A stretch of 64,000 nt of DNA from Octopus sinensis (GCF_006345805.1 NC_043003.1:82770001-82834000); one strand, 5' to 3'. Counted from the stretch's first letter, positions 37,253 through 52,079 are shown. Numbers and translations are program-made. Notes: a model not told the origin generated them from the letters alone.

Positions 37253-38292
37253 CTAGCATTAAAGACCCGTCGTTGCCGGGTCATAGTGCTAGTGCATGTA
37301 TATATGTGTATATATATGTGTACATATTACATGTACATCTATATATATACATCTACACATAAAATACAAAATACAAAGTTATATCTTGATATCGCTAGTG
37401 ATAGCAATACTCAAAATATATAACAGACTGGAATTGTTAGCCCGTCTTTTGTAATTTCGATCAATTGTATCTTATCCTCCCTCTTGTATAGAAGTGTTGC
37501 TACAATCCAGCCTACCTCTACTTCTGGGGGGTGGCATTTAAAATTTTTTTCCGGGACGTCCTACGTCCCAGATATAAAGGTTAAGATAAATTTTTCCACT
37601 TTGCAAGTTCGTGTCGTGTACTCCTTTGTACGCTCCGTTGACTGGAACCTTGCTTCTATTGTGGCGAATTTACCGCCTCTGATTTATCGCCTCTGATTAG
37701 ATACCTTTCATAGTCGCACCACTTTTCGAAGGTGCTTTCCTCCATGTGTTCAAATCTTTTTTCTCTACATCGTATACTTTATAGACAATAGTCTTTTCCT
37801 TAATTTAAGTTTTTATTATCCATCAGGACTATTCCATTTCTGCACGCTAAGTGTGTTTTTAATTTATTCCCATTCATGTGAAACCACTTATTCAAGTTCA
37901 AGTCATTGATGCAATTTTATAGCAATTGCTATTTTTACTTTTTTTTATATTACGATTATATTATACTTTAGTTTGATTTTAATTATTACTTACTACATAT
38001 AATTCAATTGTTATTATTATTTTTATTGTTAAAGTGAAAGTATCTGACATAAAATAGAGAAACGTTTTGTTTCACTTTTAACACGTAATACTGAAATAGT
38101 GGAGAAGATATGATATTGCTATGGGCTCGCTCTAGGCAAGATGTTAAACTACATGGACCATAAGTAAGACATGTGTAAAATTTGAATGAAATTGGTTGTG
38201 TAGCCCTCAAATTTTAGAGAAACACACACACAGACAGACAAACAGACAGACACACACACACGCACACATTCTCAGTTTTATATATATAAAGA
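37253..38292 (-). mobile_element. Non-autonomous Helitron (~1040 bp)
   Basis: 5' A|TCTTTATATATATAAAA at 38292, with a subterminal (GTCT)/(GT) repeat. 3' hairpin ACCCG-N7-CGGGT then CTAG|T at 37253. Internal palindrome at 37553-37569. Confidence 0.75.
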
Positions 38293-38295
38293 TAC

Positions 38296-38345
<50 letters not shown>

Positions 38346-39539
38346 TATATAAATATATATATGTAAATATATATATATATTATATAAATATATATATGTA
38401 AATATATATATATATATATTAATATTTATATATACATACATGTAGCACGGTGCTGATATATGCAACCTGAGGCAGATAATATCTGTAGTAAAATTCATTC
38501 TTAGGCGACAATTATATTCAAATCTAACAAGAGATCCTTAAGCAAGCATTAGGAAATAGCATATTCCTTAAGAATTAAGCAGAAAACGACATAGAGAAAT
38601 GAAAGAAGAAATTCTTCCCACCGTGATGAATGAGATGAGCCACTCAAAAGTTTCCCAAACCCCACTTAATATTTACTATTAGACTCGAGTGAAAACTGGT
38701 TATAAATTTGATGTATAATATAAAGGTAGTGGGGTTTTTAATGGAAAACATATATATTTTCACAGAGCACATGTACGTATACACGCATTTACATATTTTC
38801 AAGTATATATATATGTATATATATGTGTGTCTGTGTATGTGTGTCTGAGTGTGAGTGCGTCTGTGTATACGTGTATGTGTGTCTACCTGTATGTGTGTGT
38901 GTGTGTATGCGTGCGTGTATATGCGCGTGTAAAACGAAAATTTGCTTGCCTTTTATCAACGTCATATTTTCCGTTGAACCTTTGCCTAGTTTGGCACGGA
39001 GCTCCGGATGCGTGCATTCAAATCCGCTCTTTAAAAGAGTATGGCCTTTTGCTGAATATGAGAAACATTTTGAAATGGCAGCAATAGTGGAACGCCGGAC
39101 TAAGTAATGGTTATTCTGAAATCTTCGGAAGTATAATTGAATTTCTCTAGTTCAGTGCTCTTACGACATCAGATCAAGTGCTACTGTTTTCATTTTTGAT
39201 TTTCTTTCCATCGCTGTCCGTAAAATATAGGCCGCTTCTGTTCCGGTGTCATTTTGTCTCTTATTTTACTGAAATCATTTGGAAATGCGATGAATATAAG
39301 GACATACCTAGTATGGCATACCTGAAAGTCAACAGTACCGTTTACAGCCATAAATTATAGAAGAAAGAAAGGAGACGGTTTAATAAAACGCAATAATGTT
39401 TTTTATTTATTGACTCCGCGTAGATGGAAGCAAACGAAAACACCAATATGAATTGAAAAAATAATCTCAAAGTAACGAATGTATTTCATTCTGGTGAGGC
39501 GGCGAGAAGGCAGAATGCTTACCACACTGGTAAAAATGC

Positions 39540-39710
39540 TTACAAACATTTCTCCCGGTTTTACGTTCTGAGTTAAAATGCTGCTGGAGTCAACTTGCAC
39601 TTCACCCTTTCGGATTGTGTAAAATAAGTAAATATTGAAACTGGGGTCGATGTAATCGACTTACAAGCTCACACGAAAATGTTGGCCTTGTGGCAAAATA
39701 TGAAACCAAT
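39540..39710 (+). mobile_element. SINE family B, degraded, with a third tail type
   Basis: GGGGTCGATGTAATCGACTT followed by GGCCTTGTGGCAAAATATGAAACCA instead of the Tx1-like tail. Confidence 0.6.
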
Positions 39711-39959
39711 ATTTTATTCTGAGATTTACTCATTTCTTTAAATTAGCGACTAGGAGCTGCATGGGACATTTGAATCGCATTCTTTAGAAGTATATGTTTA
39801 TCTGGCTGTATGATTCGAGTGCATATCCCTCGCATAAACTCATACAGATAAGCAGGTTTGTGAATATATGTATATATATTTATGCACTCACGCACACACA
39901 CACATATGTAGTAAATGACATAATCAGTTAGAATATGAGAATAATATAAATACATTGGC

Positions 39960-40118
39960 ACAGGAGTGGCTGTGTGGTAAGTAGCTTGCTTACCAACCAC
40001 ATGGTTCCAAGTTCATTCCCACTGCATGGCACCTTGGGCAAGTGTCTTCTACTATAGCCTCGGGCCGACCAAAGCCTTGTGAGTGGATTTGTTACACGGA
40101 AACTGAAAGAAGCCCGTC

Positions 40119-40185
<67 letters not shown>

Positions 40186-40422
40186 ATATATATGTATGTA
40201 TGTGTGTGTGCTTATGTGTTTGTGTTTGTCTCCCCCAACGTTGCTTGACAACCGATGGTAGTGTGTTTATGTCCCCATAACTTAGCGGTTCGGCAAAAGA
40301 GACCGATAGAATAATTACTAGGCTTACAAAGAATAAGTCCTAGGGCCGATTTGCTCGACTAAAGGCGGTGCTCCAGTATGGCTACAGTCAAATGACTGAA
40401 ACAAGTAAAAGAGTAAAAGAGT
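39960..40422 (+). mobile_element. SINE family A, full length with internal (TA)n
   Basis: CAGGAGTGGCTGTGTGGTAAG head through GACTGAAACAAGTAAAAGAGTAAAAGAG tail. Confidence 0.92.
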
Positions 40423-42251
40423 AAATAAAATTCGGGGACCAGGAGATTATTGTGAAAGATAATAAAATGTACATGAACATTTCGTTTAACAGAAATCTCG
40501 TTGAATGCTTCATTATGTATCCACACTGCGTTAGTGTACAATGTGTGTTACACTTTATGTCGTGTATATTTTATCATGTGTTCATTATCCTTTATTATAC
40601 ACACACCACAAATGGAGCTATATCAAGATTTTCTAAACAAATGAAAAAAGGTGTGAAAGCATTTCAAATTCGACTACACCTTCCATTCAAACGTACATAC
40701 TCAACAAATGTTTTTGACTTGAAATTAAATGTATTCATGGATCTTTCCAATTTACATGACGCAGATTACTGCCATATAATTTCATTTCAAATATACAATC
40801 ACGAATAGCTGTTAATGTAATTTAACAAGTGTCGGAATTTAATTTGTGTATTTGCTCTTACCTATCTGTTTATCTTAATAAGGAACACCAGATATTCCAG
40901 TGGGAATGAAAGCAGGGACACACTCTGTCGATTACTAATTCAGTATGGTATTTGCTGTACCTGTTGTTTAAAAAGCAGGTGCTAGTCGTTTTTTTTTTTT
41001 TTTACGTGTCAAACAAATCAAACACAAACAATATACCTTTATTTTTCTTGTATTTAATATATTATTTCTAAATTATTTTTTATAGGAAAATCCAAAAAGA
41101 CAGATCCTTAGTAAATAAATAAAACGCATAAGAAGCTACACCTATGCAAGAGTGAGCAGCAGAAAAAAAAATTAATTCCTCACTAAATGCAAATAAGTGA
41201 AGTGTGACGAGAACAGATTCAGAACAAACTAGCTGAAAAGCGACGAGCAATCAATACGCGTGCTAACAACTTTGCTACGATAAGATTGGGTGTAACCGAG
41301 CGTCTCATATTTTCGTTTTTATTTTACTTAATTTTCTTTGTTTTATTTATTCATTTGCTGTTTTTGCTGCAACAGGGGCTTACTTAAGGAACACTTCTTA
41401 TCTAAAATAAGAATTATATTTGAACGTTTTGATTAATCCATCATTTAGGTAGATTTAATCTATATTTCTTTTAAAACTTTTTATTTATTCATTTAATTAT
41501 TTATTTATTTATTAGACCTGTTCCTCCTTTCAAATCCGTCTCAGTGTCTGTGTGTGTTTAGAACACAGCAAAATGATGCATTTGTAAAAATGCATCGAAG
41601 CGCATACATTTCGCAGACTGAATGAATTCATGTTTGAGGATGTTTGTTTGTTCAGAATCTAACACTGGTTCATTACGCGGATGTTTTTCTTTTTCAAGCC
41701 TCGCTGTGCCTGAATGTATCGTTTGATTTCGTCGAACATAAAGCTAACAGAAGCAGTGGCAGCATAACAACGAAAGCAAATATACGTGTCATTGTACATT
41801 AGAGTAAACAGGCGAGATATTCAAAGCAATTTTGTCAATTTGTATAGAGAGGGCGTGATCTATCATTGAACAGATTTCCAAAAACGTTGATTTGTCGACT
41901 ATGGTGATGATGAGGATGATAATCATGACAATGAAGATGATGATGATGATGTTGATGATGATGATGATGATGATGATGATAACACCAATAGTGATAATAA
42001 GAACATCAACAAAAACAGCAACAACAAAACGTTAATAATAATAATAATAATAATGAGTAGAAAAAGAAAGAAAAAATAATTATTACATTATAGAATGCGG
42101 AGTATGTATAAATTGTGTATATATACTTGCTCAGTTGTGAATATGTATGTAAGAATATAGAGGATATTGTATAAACACACAATCAAATACAAAGTCACAT
42201 GAGTAGGCATACACACACATTTACACATACATATACATATACATATATATG

Positions 42252-42328
<77 letters not shown>

Positions 42329-42466
42329 TAGGTACATATAGGTATATATATATATATTATATATATACACACACATCCATATATAGGTATACAATAAGTA
42401 TATATATATATATATTTATTTATATATATATACACACGCATCCATATATAGGTATACAATAAGTAT

Positions 42467-42527
<61 letters not shown>

Positions 42528-42933
42528 TACATATATATATATATTATATATATATATAAAGATGGCTGCGGCGGGTGATAACTGTGTATTTTTGTGTGTT
42601 TGAATATATTACACATTTTAATTTTATACTTCTATGAATTTTTATATCGGCATATATATGTTTCTATGTATTTTTGAGCGAATAGGGGAAACAGAGTGTG
42701 CGTCTGCATCGAATTTTTCGTCTACAACACTATTGTATTTTATTGCATTATCTCTCTTTGATCACTGTGTTACAAGCATCGGACATTGCCATAATAACAA
42801 TCATGACGTTGGTGGAAGTGGTGATGGTGATGATGATGACGATCATCATCATCTTCTTCATCACCATCATCATGATCATCATAACGATTGTGGTGGTGTT
42901 GTTAAAATTATTATTATGTTGATGATGATGATT

Positions 42934-42992
<59 letters not shown>

Positions 42993-42995
<3 letters not shown>

Positions 42996-44517
42996 GGCCG
43001 CAAGTATTGTTGTATCAGAAAATGTGGGTGTTGATGTCAAGAAACAGAAACATATTGGGAGTGACAAATGAAAAGATCCATGGTTGAAAAGAAGAATCCA
43101 GGCAGGGTTAGATATGCTCTCGAAGGAAATCTCTGTGTTAGACTTGAAGAGAGGCAAAATCAAATGTATGGCCGGGCTAACGATACCGTCGAGGGAAGTT
43201 ATGAAGCAGATAGGAGAGACTGGCCATATGTACTTGGGTATTTTGGAAATGGATAAATTGATGGAGAAAGAAATGACAGAAAAATTTAAGCTGTAGTACT
43301 TGCGCAGACTGAGACTGATCCTTATGTCGAAATTAAAGGGACGGAATAAGATCGAAGCTATCAACACCTGGGTGGTTTCACTCCTTAGATATGGATCAGG
43401 CGTAATCACAGGGACATTAGACGAACTAAATAGGTTAGACAGAAAGACAAGGAAGTTGCTAACTAGGTATGGGACACTCCACACACAAATTGACACAGAT
43501 AGACGTTATTTACCAAGAAAAAGACGGGGAAGAGGACTTATTGGTTGCGAACACAGTATTAGAGCAAACAATATAACATGGTATGTAAAATATGCCACAG
43601 AACCTCTAATATTAGAAGTAAGAAGGTCAGGCCTGTGTAGGATGAAAGATTTCAAAGATAAACACTATACAAGAAATTGAAAACGAATGAAACTGAAAAT
43701 AGTTGGGTAAAGAAAAGAATGCGTGGTCAATTTCAGAGGGATGTTGAAGATAAGACAAAAGAGACAAAAGATGGCTGTGGATGACTAAAAGTGATTTAAA
43801 ACCAGAAACGGAGTCAGTAATCTGTGCTGCCAAAGAGCTAGTACTAAGGACAAATTACATGAAATACAGAATCGACAACACTTCAGAAAATGATAAGTGC
43901 AGAATCTGTGAATAAAACGGTGAAACCGTATGGTATATTACCAGCCAATGTACGCCAGTAGCCCAGAAGAAATATAAGAGAGGCCACGAGAACTTAACAA
44001 GGCTTGTCCCTTGAACATTGCAACAAGTATGTACTTGATAGACCACAAACCTGAAGGCATCGCCGAAAATAGAAATGCATAGATCCTATGGGATTTTATG
44101 ATTCAGTGCAACCATGAGATAGAGAATAGGAAGTTGGACATAGTCGTAATTGAGAAAGAAAATAAACTATGCTGGATCATAGATGTAGCATGCCCAGCTG
44201 ACAACAATAGTGTATGCGATAATGAACAAAGAAAAGCCGGGAGATATGACAGGTTAGCTTGGGAAGTTAAGCAGTTGTGCTAGATGAAAAAGGTAGCAGT
44301 AGTACCAATAATTGGCGGAGTCTTGGGAACAGTGAGCAAAATATCTCGAGAAGTACGTGGAACAAATAAGTGTGGAGCACTTGCAGAAACCAGCCCCGCT
44401 TGGAACCGCTCCAATATTCCTGAAGGTGCTCGAGAAATAAGAGGTGTTACCTTAGTTCACTGGTAGTGAACAGCTGACACTGGAGTACATTTCCAGCGTT
44501 AGAAGCTGTGCAAAGGC
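42993..44517 (+). mobile_element. R4/Dong-clade LINE, 5'-truncated and internally deleted, inserted in (TAA)n
   Basis: YLGILEMDK, KIEAINTW, YLPRKRRGRGL, PETESVICAA, CRIC, LWDF..Q....NRKLDIVV, IIDVACP and VVPIIGGVLG (RLE-type C-terminus). (AAT)n on both sides (42936-42992 and from 44518). 3' UTR hairpin at 44455-44471. Confidence 0.88.
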
Positions 44518-44527
44518 AATAATAATA

Positions 44528-44606
<79 letters not shown>

Positions 44607-46728
44607 CATCATAGTAATTATTATTGGATGACAGGATTATTTTTATTCCCAATACTATCATATTCATGTTGATGTTGTTTTTATGGGATATGGACTCATC
44701 AATGTCATTACAACCATCCTCGCCACCACTATCTTCATTAATCTCAGCAGGCACCACCATCATCATCATCATCATCATCTCTATCATTCCAGTTTCATCA
44801 TCATCACCAGCACCTTACTTCTATTTTCTTTGTCTTTTATTTGGTTATTATTTAGTACCCTACCCCACATGCCTGTCATTTAGTATCTTGAAATAGAGAA
44901 ACATACGTTAGTTAAAATTATTATTTAAGTAAATAACTGGTCTGTTACTCCCTAAACACCCAAATCAAATGACTAACCATTCAGGCTTGGGCTACATTCG
45001 TTTTAATTCTCTTTCATAATCTCTGCCTGTTGGAGTTGGTCTTTTTCTTTTGTTTCGTGTTGATCTTGTTGTATTTTCCCTTGTTTTGTTCGTGCAATTC
45101 CTGTTGTAATCCCTATTGTAGCCACAACAATTATAATAATTGAAATAATCACTATAGTATTGTTAACTTATTGTTATTCATATACTCGTTGTCAGGCTGG
45201 TGGTTTAGCAGAATAGATAGATAGACGGAAAAGGTTAATGTATTTCATTTTGGACTTTTATATTCGGAGTTTGAATCTTTCCGAGGTGGACTTTGGCAGT
45301 CATCATTCTACAGTTACTAACCTATACGCCAGTCAAGTACTGGAATCGGTTTAATCGATTATACTCAGCCCTAAAATGTGTAGGTTGGTGCCTCAATTTG
45401 AATTAATTATCAAACATCATAGATCATCTCTAGCAAAATTGCCTGCCAGTTATAAAGACAACCGCTCTACTTCAGTTATATAACGTTTTAGACAAGCAGC
45501 AGCTATTTTCTGGTGGGGTGGAAATGTGTACCGAGCTTTAGAAGAACTTTGGAATGAGAGGTTGATCGTTTCAAACTACGCTAAATTCGGTTAACTATTC
45601 ATTGAAATGGAACAGCAGTCATTTCAGCAAGATTGCTTTTTTGAGAGTGTATGCTATTTTAGTGAGGGTCTACGATATTTTACTATTAGTGTTCACGGTA
45701 ACCGAACTTACCAATTCCCAACGAACTTTGGATTTACTATCATTATTGTTGCAGAACCTACGCGATACATCGGAATTCTGATATTACCCATAGAAATGAT
45801 TAACATAGTCTTTATCATGGTGAAAAATTGGCATTATTTCGTAATTCTTCCTTATGTTCTGTGATCAAACCCTTCTCAGTTTGAGTAAAGTTTTTCTTTC
45901 ATCACTCGACTGTTGATAACAAGTATCGAGTATCGACTTTATACAAACTAACAATATTGTATCAATGACAGAAACCTTATTGGTAACGCGAATAAATACA
46001 CTGCAGAGCAGAATAAATATATACTCCAGTAAAATACCTCTTGGTTTTTAAGGGTTCTTTTCCTTTCCGTTCAGAGTTTAAATTACTTTCGAATTGATTT
46101 TTTCTCGTTTCGTCTTTCTGGTTTTTATGAAGTATATTAGTAACAGTCAACTATTTGGTCAAAGCCTGACCTCCATAACCGAACATCCTGGCTAAGTGCC
46201 AAACTTAGAAATAATTATTACAGTTATGCAAGTGTCATTGAAGTGTTAGAAAGGAAATGTCAACAATATTCTGCTTCGATTTTCCTGAAAATGAGGTCAA
46301 ATCTCGTCCGAATTCTTTCATTCAGAGACTGATTAGGTGCATAAATAAACACTTATAATAGAATGTCTTTCAATCAAACTACTATACACAGTACTACAAT
46401 ATAGTGATTCGCACCGATGTTAGACGTAATTGTTCAGTGCTTTGTTAGAATGGCTCTAGCAAAAGAAATGAAATGTTACAGTGTCAGACTAAATAACTAA
46501 TAGTATTTAACTCCATCATCAGCTAGGTCAATATTAAGCCATTTATTATGTTTGTTAAAATAAATATCAGTGCTTTACTGGTGGGATTTTTTTTTAATAC
46601 GATCGTTCTACAAATTGCATCTCAAAGTTTGAATAAGTGGATAAGCAAGTTTCATATGAATTGTCATGCGATATAAACCTACACATATTATAGACGCAAG
46701 TTTCTCTCTCTTTCTCTCACTCTCTCTT

Positions 46729-46759
<31 letters not shown>

Positions 46760-46860
46760 CTAGCTCGCCCCGTGAAAATTTCATGGAAAATATCAAAAAT
46801 GTAAGGATCTGTAACTTGTGTGCTGGTGTCATGAGAAATGTTTCAATAGTGTGACAGTTA

Positions 46861-47282
46861 AAGGCGGCGAGCTGGCAGAAATGTTAGCACGCCGGGCGAA
46901 ATGTATAGCCGTATTTCGCCTGCCGTTACGTTCTGAGTTCAAATTCTGCCGAAGTCGACTTTGCTATTCATCCTTTCGAGGTCGAAAAATTAAGTACCAG
47001 TTACGCACTGGGGTCGATGTGATCGACTTAATCCGTTTGTCTGTCCGTGTTTGTCCCCTCTGTGTTTAGCCTCTTGTAGGTAGTAAAGAAATAGGTATTT
47101 CGTATGTCTTTACGTTCTGAGTTCAAACTCTGCCGAAGTCGACTTTGCCTTTCATCCTTTCAGGATCGATAAATTAAATACTAGTTGCATACTGGGGTTG
47201 ATCTAACCAACTGGCCCTCTCCCCTCACCCTACCCGCCGCACAAATTTCAGGACTTGTGTCTATAGTAGAAAAGTATATTCC
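46861..47282 (+). mobile_element. SINE family B dimer (Tx1-tail monomer plus second-tail monomer)
   Basis: Junction AAGAAATAG|GTATTTC as at ~12728. TSD GACAGTTA at 46853-46860 and 47283-47290 brackets both monomers. Confidence 0.9.
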
Positions 47283-47454
47283 GACAGTTACAGAATATAG
47301 AAGGAAGTGTAAAACCGATAACTATGAAATCCAACCAAAATATCCGTTACGCAAACGTAAACATAATTACTATTTAGCCTTAAAGTACATCGTACGTATT
47401 CAGAGAACCCTCTTGGTTCAGTGGTACGGAAAGTTTTTCTCGTAATTTTTTATT

Positions 47455-47650
47455 CTTTTAGTTGCTTCAGTCATTTGACGATGGCCATGATGGAGCACCG
47501 GCCTTTATTCGGAGAAATTGACGCCTTGACTTAATCCCTTTAAACATGGTGCTCATTCTATCAGTCTTTTCTGCTGAACAGCTAAGTTACAGGGACGCAA
47601 ATGCACCAACATCGGTTGCCAAGCAATAGTGGTGGAGACAAACAGACACA
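47455..47650 (-). mobile_element. SINE family A, 3' half, degraded
   Basis: GCTTCAGTCATTTGACGATGGCCATGATGGAGCACCG tail motif. Confidence 0.75.
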
Positions 47651-47681
47651 GACACAAACATGCACACGCATAAATATATAC

Positions 47682-47742
<61 letters not shown>

Positions 47743-47796
47743 CATACATACATACACACACACACGCGCACACACACACACACGCACACACACACA

Positions 47797-47841
<45 letters not shown>

Positions 47842-47859
47842 ACGGACTTAGAGGTAGTG

Positions 47860-48060
47860 GTGACGCTGGCTGGTGCGATCTTGTGGCTTGCTGGTCTGCC
47901 GTGAGAGATCCAGCTCTGTTTCTCATATTTTCTAAGTACAGTTGCTTTTGCTCTTGACTCATGCTTTCTCGATTCTGTTGATCTATATCTCTCTTAATTT
48001 GAAAATACACTTCTCTTTCGTCCCGGCATATTTGTTCTACCCTTTACTGATTTCTTTCCC
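47860..48060 (-). mobile_element. Possible Helitron RepHel N-terminal remnant
   Basis: MPGRKRSVFSN followed, in another frame, by RESMSQEQKQLYLENMRNRA, which resembles the charged repeats at the start of animal RepHel proteins. Confidence 0.3.
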
Positions 48061-51000
48061 TCCTATGCCGTAGCATACACTTCTTCTCCTCTTTGCTTAT
48101 TCCGTGCCATCTCTGACTGATTCTCGCGCCATTTTGATTCCTTATAGCCACCCGCTGTTCCTGGCGCAACCGTTCTCTCACTCGCTGCGTCCTTCAAACT
48201 TGTTATTAAATCGATAAATCTCCAAAATGTCTCAAAGTGTTTCAATAAAAAACATATACGAACGTATTGGACAGATTTTGTTTAAAAGGAGAAAGTATTT
48301 CTGAAATACTCGCCTAATATGCAAAGACAGTAAATAGGATACAGTAATTAATTATGTTGTAGGAAAGCAACAAGTAAACGGAAAAAAAATAGGATTAATA
48401 TTTATGATTTTGTTCGACTCTTTAGTTTCTTTTAAAATGCTTTCGTCACTTGCTTGATACAAGAAAAAAGTAATTGGAAAAATCCTGACGAAAACAGAGG
48501 AATTGTAACTTATCAAAAAACACACAAATAGAAAGTTACATTTATTTCCACCACGTGACACGTATTATCGCACACACACACACACATTCACAAGTAAAAA
48601 GAAACTGGAAAAATTTAGAAAGAGAAAGAAAAGATTGTATTCGAAAGCCAAAATATGCTTTTTTGCTGAAGTGTAATTTTATTATTAAAACAATTTCAAA
48701 ATTTAAATTTCGGAACATAAGACTGTTATCTAGTGTATAGCCGAATTCAAATGGGTAGAATACCTAAAACAAATGTGTGTGTGTGTCTGTGGTTGGGCTT
48801 TTAATAGCCAGGGGTCAATTTCAGTTCAATCGTAGAAAGGAATTCAAATACCTATCAACCACTCCTCGCTCTTTCTCTCTCACTTCCTCTCTCCCTTGCT
48901 TGACACACGCTTCAAATTTAAGTATCTTATCAGGTCATCCCATAAGATCCCGTAAGATCTGTCTTTTTATTTAGGCCACAAAATTTCTTTCAATACTTTC
49001 TTTTAAGCGCGACACACGCGTCAGATTTGCAGTAAAAACAAATAGGCGTATTAATATTATTAATGATATGTATATATATAAACACAAGCACAATTTCCAT
49101 GTATATATATACATATGTCTACATATATACATACATATATTTATATGTGTGTGTGTGTATATATATGTATATGTATATATATATTTGCATACGTATGTAT
49201 ATATACATGTGTGTGTGTCAACAACATGCACAAAGTTGCAAGGAAGCCAAAATGTAGTATGTAATCGCTTTTGAGAAAATAAGCATGAAAATTTGGCACA
49301 AATGTACTTTTTGAAACACAATGTTTATCTTCTTTCTAAAAAGAAGCACACGCAAACAAGTTTTCCAATAAAGACAGGTAAAACATTCGCGCCGAATATT
49401 TTCTTGGTAACAGTTTTAGTTTTGGAAATGGAATAGCGTTTCCTCTGGCTTTCAACATGCCAACATCTTGACATGAGTAAAGAAAGGCGCAGCCAACTAG
49501 AGTCCAACTAGTTTCAATGCAAGATCATTGGATTTCTTGACGGACATTTTGAAACTAAAGGACTATGAGACCCTTCTGAACTGTAAAGACATATAAATAG
49601 AAGTTATAGAAGGGCTCAGCAGGAATAGATCTCTTTGTCACATTCGAGCTATAATGTAGTGCCAATAGTTTTTCATTTATAGTTTCTTTTACTGCGCAAG
49701 CTGACAGGATGCAGTTTAGGATGACGCATGATAGATGTCCTACTTTAACAGTGACACAATCTAGTGGGCTGCTCCAAAGTTCCAGATAATTAGAAAAGCT
49801 GTTAAGGTGTCGAACGACTGATTCGAATCTAGAACTTTGTAAATTTACATTTGGTAATAGTCTTAAACAGATAGCCGCTGTAAAAGACATTTGTTAATAA
49901 CTTAGAGAAAATATACCTTTTTTTCATGACTTTAGTAGTTTCCAGAAGTTTTCAAATATAACTTTTTTCCATTCCTTAGCTGATGATACTCACTGTTCAC
50001 ATATCAATTATTCTTCGTGCATTTTGACTTTTCATTTGTCTAATTGCAGTAATTGTTTGCAAATACTTCTGATAATGTGATTCCATCTAAATAAGATCTC
50101 ATGTTTTGGAGAAGTGAAGTTTTATGTCTCCAAGTATTGGATGTCTTCATGCATACCTTGAATTTGTTTTTTTTGTGTGCTTCTTAGATTACAAGCCCTA
50201 CTTCAATAAAATCTCAACCCAAAGCTAAATTCGCTCCTGTTATTTTATTATTTCTTTTGAAGTCATATAGCTTCCTGCTCAGCGCTTGAAATACTCTGTT
50301 ATCACATATTATACATTTAGCCCAAACAATAATCTTGCATCGTCTTAGAATGTTGTTAATCCAGTCAATTGCTTTGTATAAGAACTAAATCAAACCAAGC
50401 ACTGGAGTTGACATAATCAACTAAAATCCCTGGAAGGCAGCCTTGCAGTATGACCACAGTTCAAAGGTTTCAATAAATAAAAAAGAGCAAATGAGATTTC
50501 AGTTGCTGTATGTCTTGCCCAACATGTGGTTTGGTGGAAACATAAGAAATACAGCAACTTTTGTCGCAATTCTTTTTCAGTACTGAGTACGAAACCATTT
50601 AAAACGTCAGTCACAATAAATACCATGCTTTAATTGGTTAATTTTATTTCCATTCTAATTTCAAATATATCCGAACAATAAGACCTATTTCACCCCCACT
50701 GATGATTCTGCAGTCAATAAAATAAGTACCAGTCAAGTATTAGGGTCGATATAATAGACCTCACTCCTCCATCCATAATCCGTGGCCTTATTCTTATGTT
50801 AGAAATCATTATTTTTATTGTTTATTCAGTCGTAATCCCAGTCAAGTTGTCATGTGTTAATAACATTCTTATTCATAACATTCTTAACAATTTCTTGTAT
50901 CTATTGTTATAAGCACACAATTGCAACGATCAATATAATACTGATTGTTGTTTTTGTTACTACTGTTGTTTTCGCTATTTTCAATAGTACCTCAAATGTT

Positions 51001-51776
51001 TATAGTAGTGGTTGCTGCACTAGCGTTTATTTTTAAGATATTTATTCTGTTGGTGTTATTACAGGGTTTCATACACTCTTTCTCGTTACAACACATAACG
51101 GCAGACGTACTTTACAACTGATATCAGTTGTTTTCCTTGTTTCTGAAGCTTCTATTATTGTCATTGTCACACCAGTCACAGCAGCAGTAGTAACAGCAGT
51201 GATGTATTATTGTTGTTTTATTAGTCGAGTTGTTTTATTGGTCTATTTGACGTAATTGTTCTTGTTTGAGAGATTGTTGTTGTAATCAGTGTTGATAGGA
51301 TAAATCTAAACATATTCGTTTGTTGTTGGTATTCACTGAAGACTGGGAAATTCCGAATCTTGTTAACTCTGTTGATAGATTGAATTTATAAAAATCTGTG
51401 TGAAGTATATGTCAGAATAATATGTATTGGAAATCTTCATTGCTTCTTTCATTATGAATTCAATTTTCTGGTCATGGTTATAAAAATCAATGTAGGAAAA
51501 TATTCCATTGTATGTCTGACGATTCCATTTGGATATTTCACAGTCACACTGTAAAACTACTAGCTTGATGGTAAGCGTTATCATTCATTATTCCTATATG
51601 CTTTTACTGTTGCTATGACCTCTGATTTTCAAAAAAATATACAGTAGTAATTTTGAAAGCAACTAACAGTTATTTTCCAAGAAGCATCCGTCTCTCACGT
51701 ACCCTTTCCATCTCTCTCTCTCTCTCTCTCTCCCTCTGAATATACACACACACACACACACATACACACACACACA

Positions 51777-51834
<58 letters not shown>

Positions 51835-52079
51835 TTAGGGAGATAGAGAAAAGGATATATATATATAGCTTTCTATCATTTCGCCACCTCTGATATATTT
51901 TATATATTTTTCTCATAACAATTCGCTCAGTTGTTTCGCACCAAAACTGCCACATCTTGTGTGGATCTTTATTTTTGCTTCTGTTTAATATCCAACACCC
52001 AAAAGCAAATCACCACCATCCAGTTAAAGTAACAGCACTAAATAGCTTTGCTTATAATATCTTTGTTTTACTAGCTAGG

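Noticed and set aside
38960-39110. Possible exon PLFKRVWPFAEYEKHFEMAAIVERRTK
   Set aside because: The ORF is opened by an upstream (TG)n repeat, and no consistent acceptor/donor pair keeps a frame.
49555-49890. 111-aa minus-strand ORF in unique sequence
   Set aside because: No motif, splice support or compositional signal; within chance expectation.
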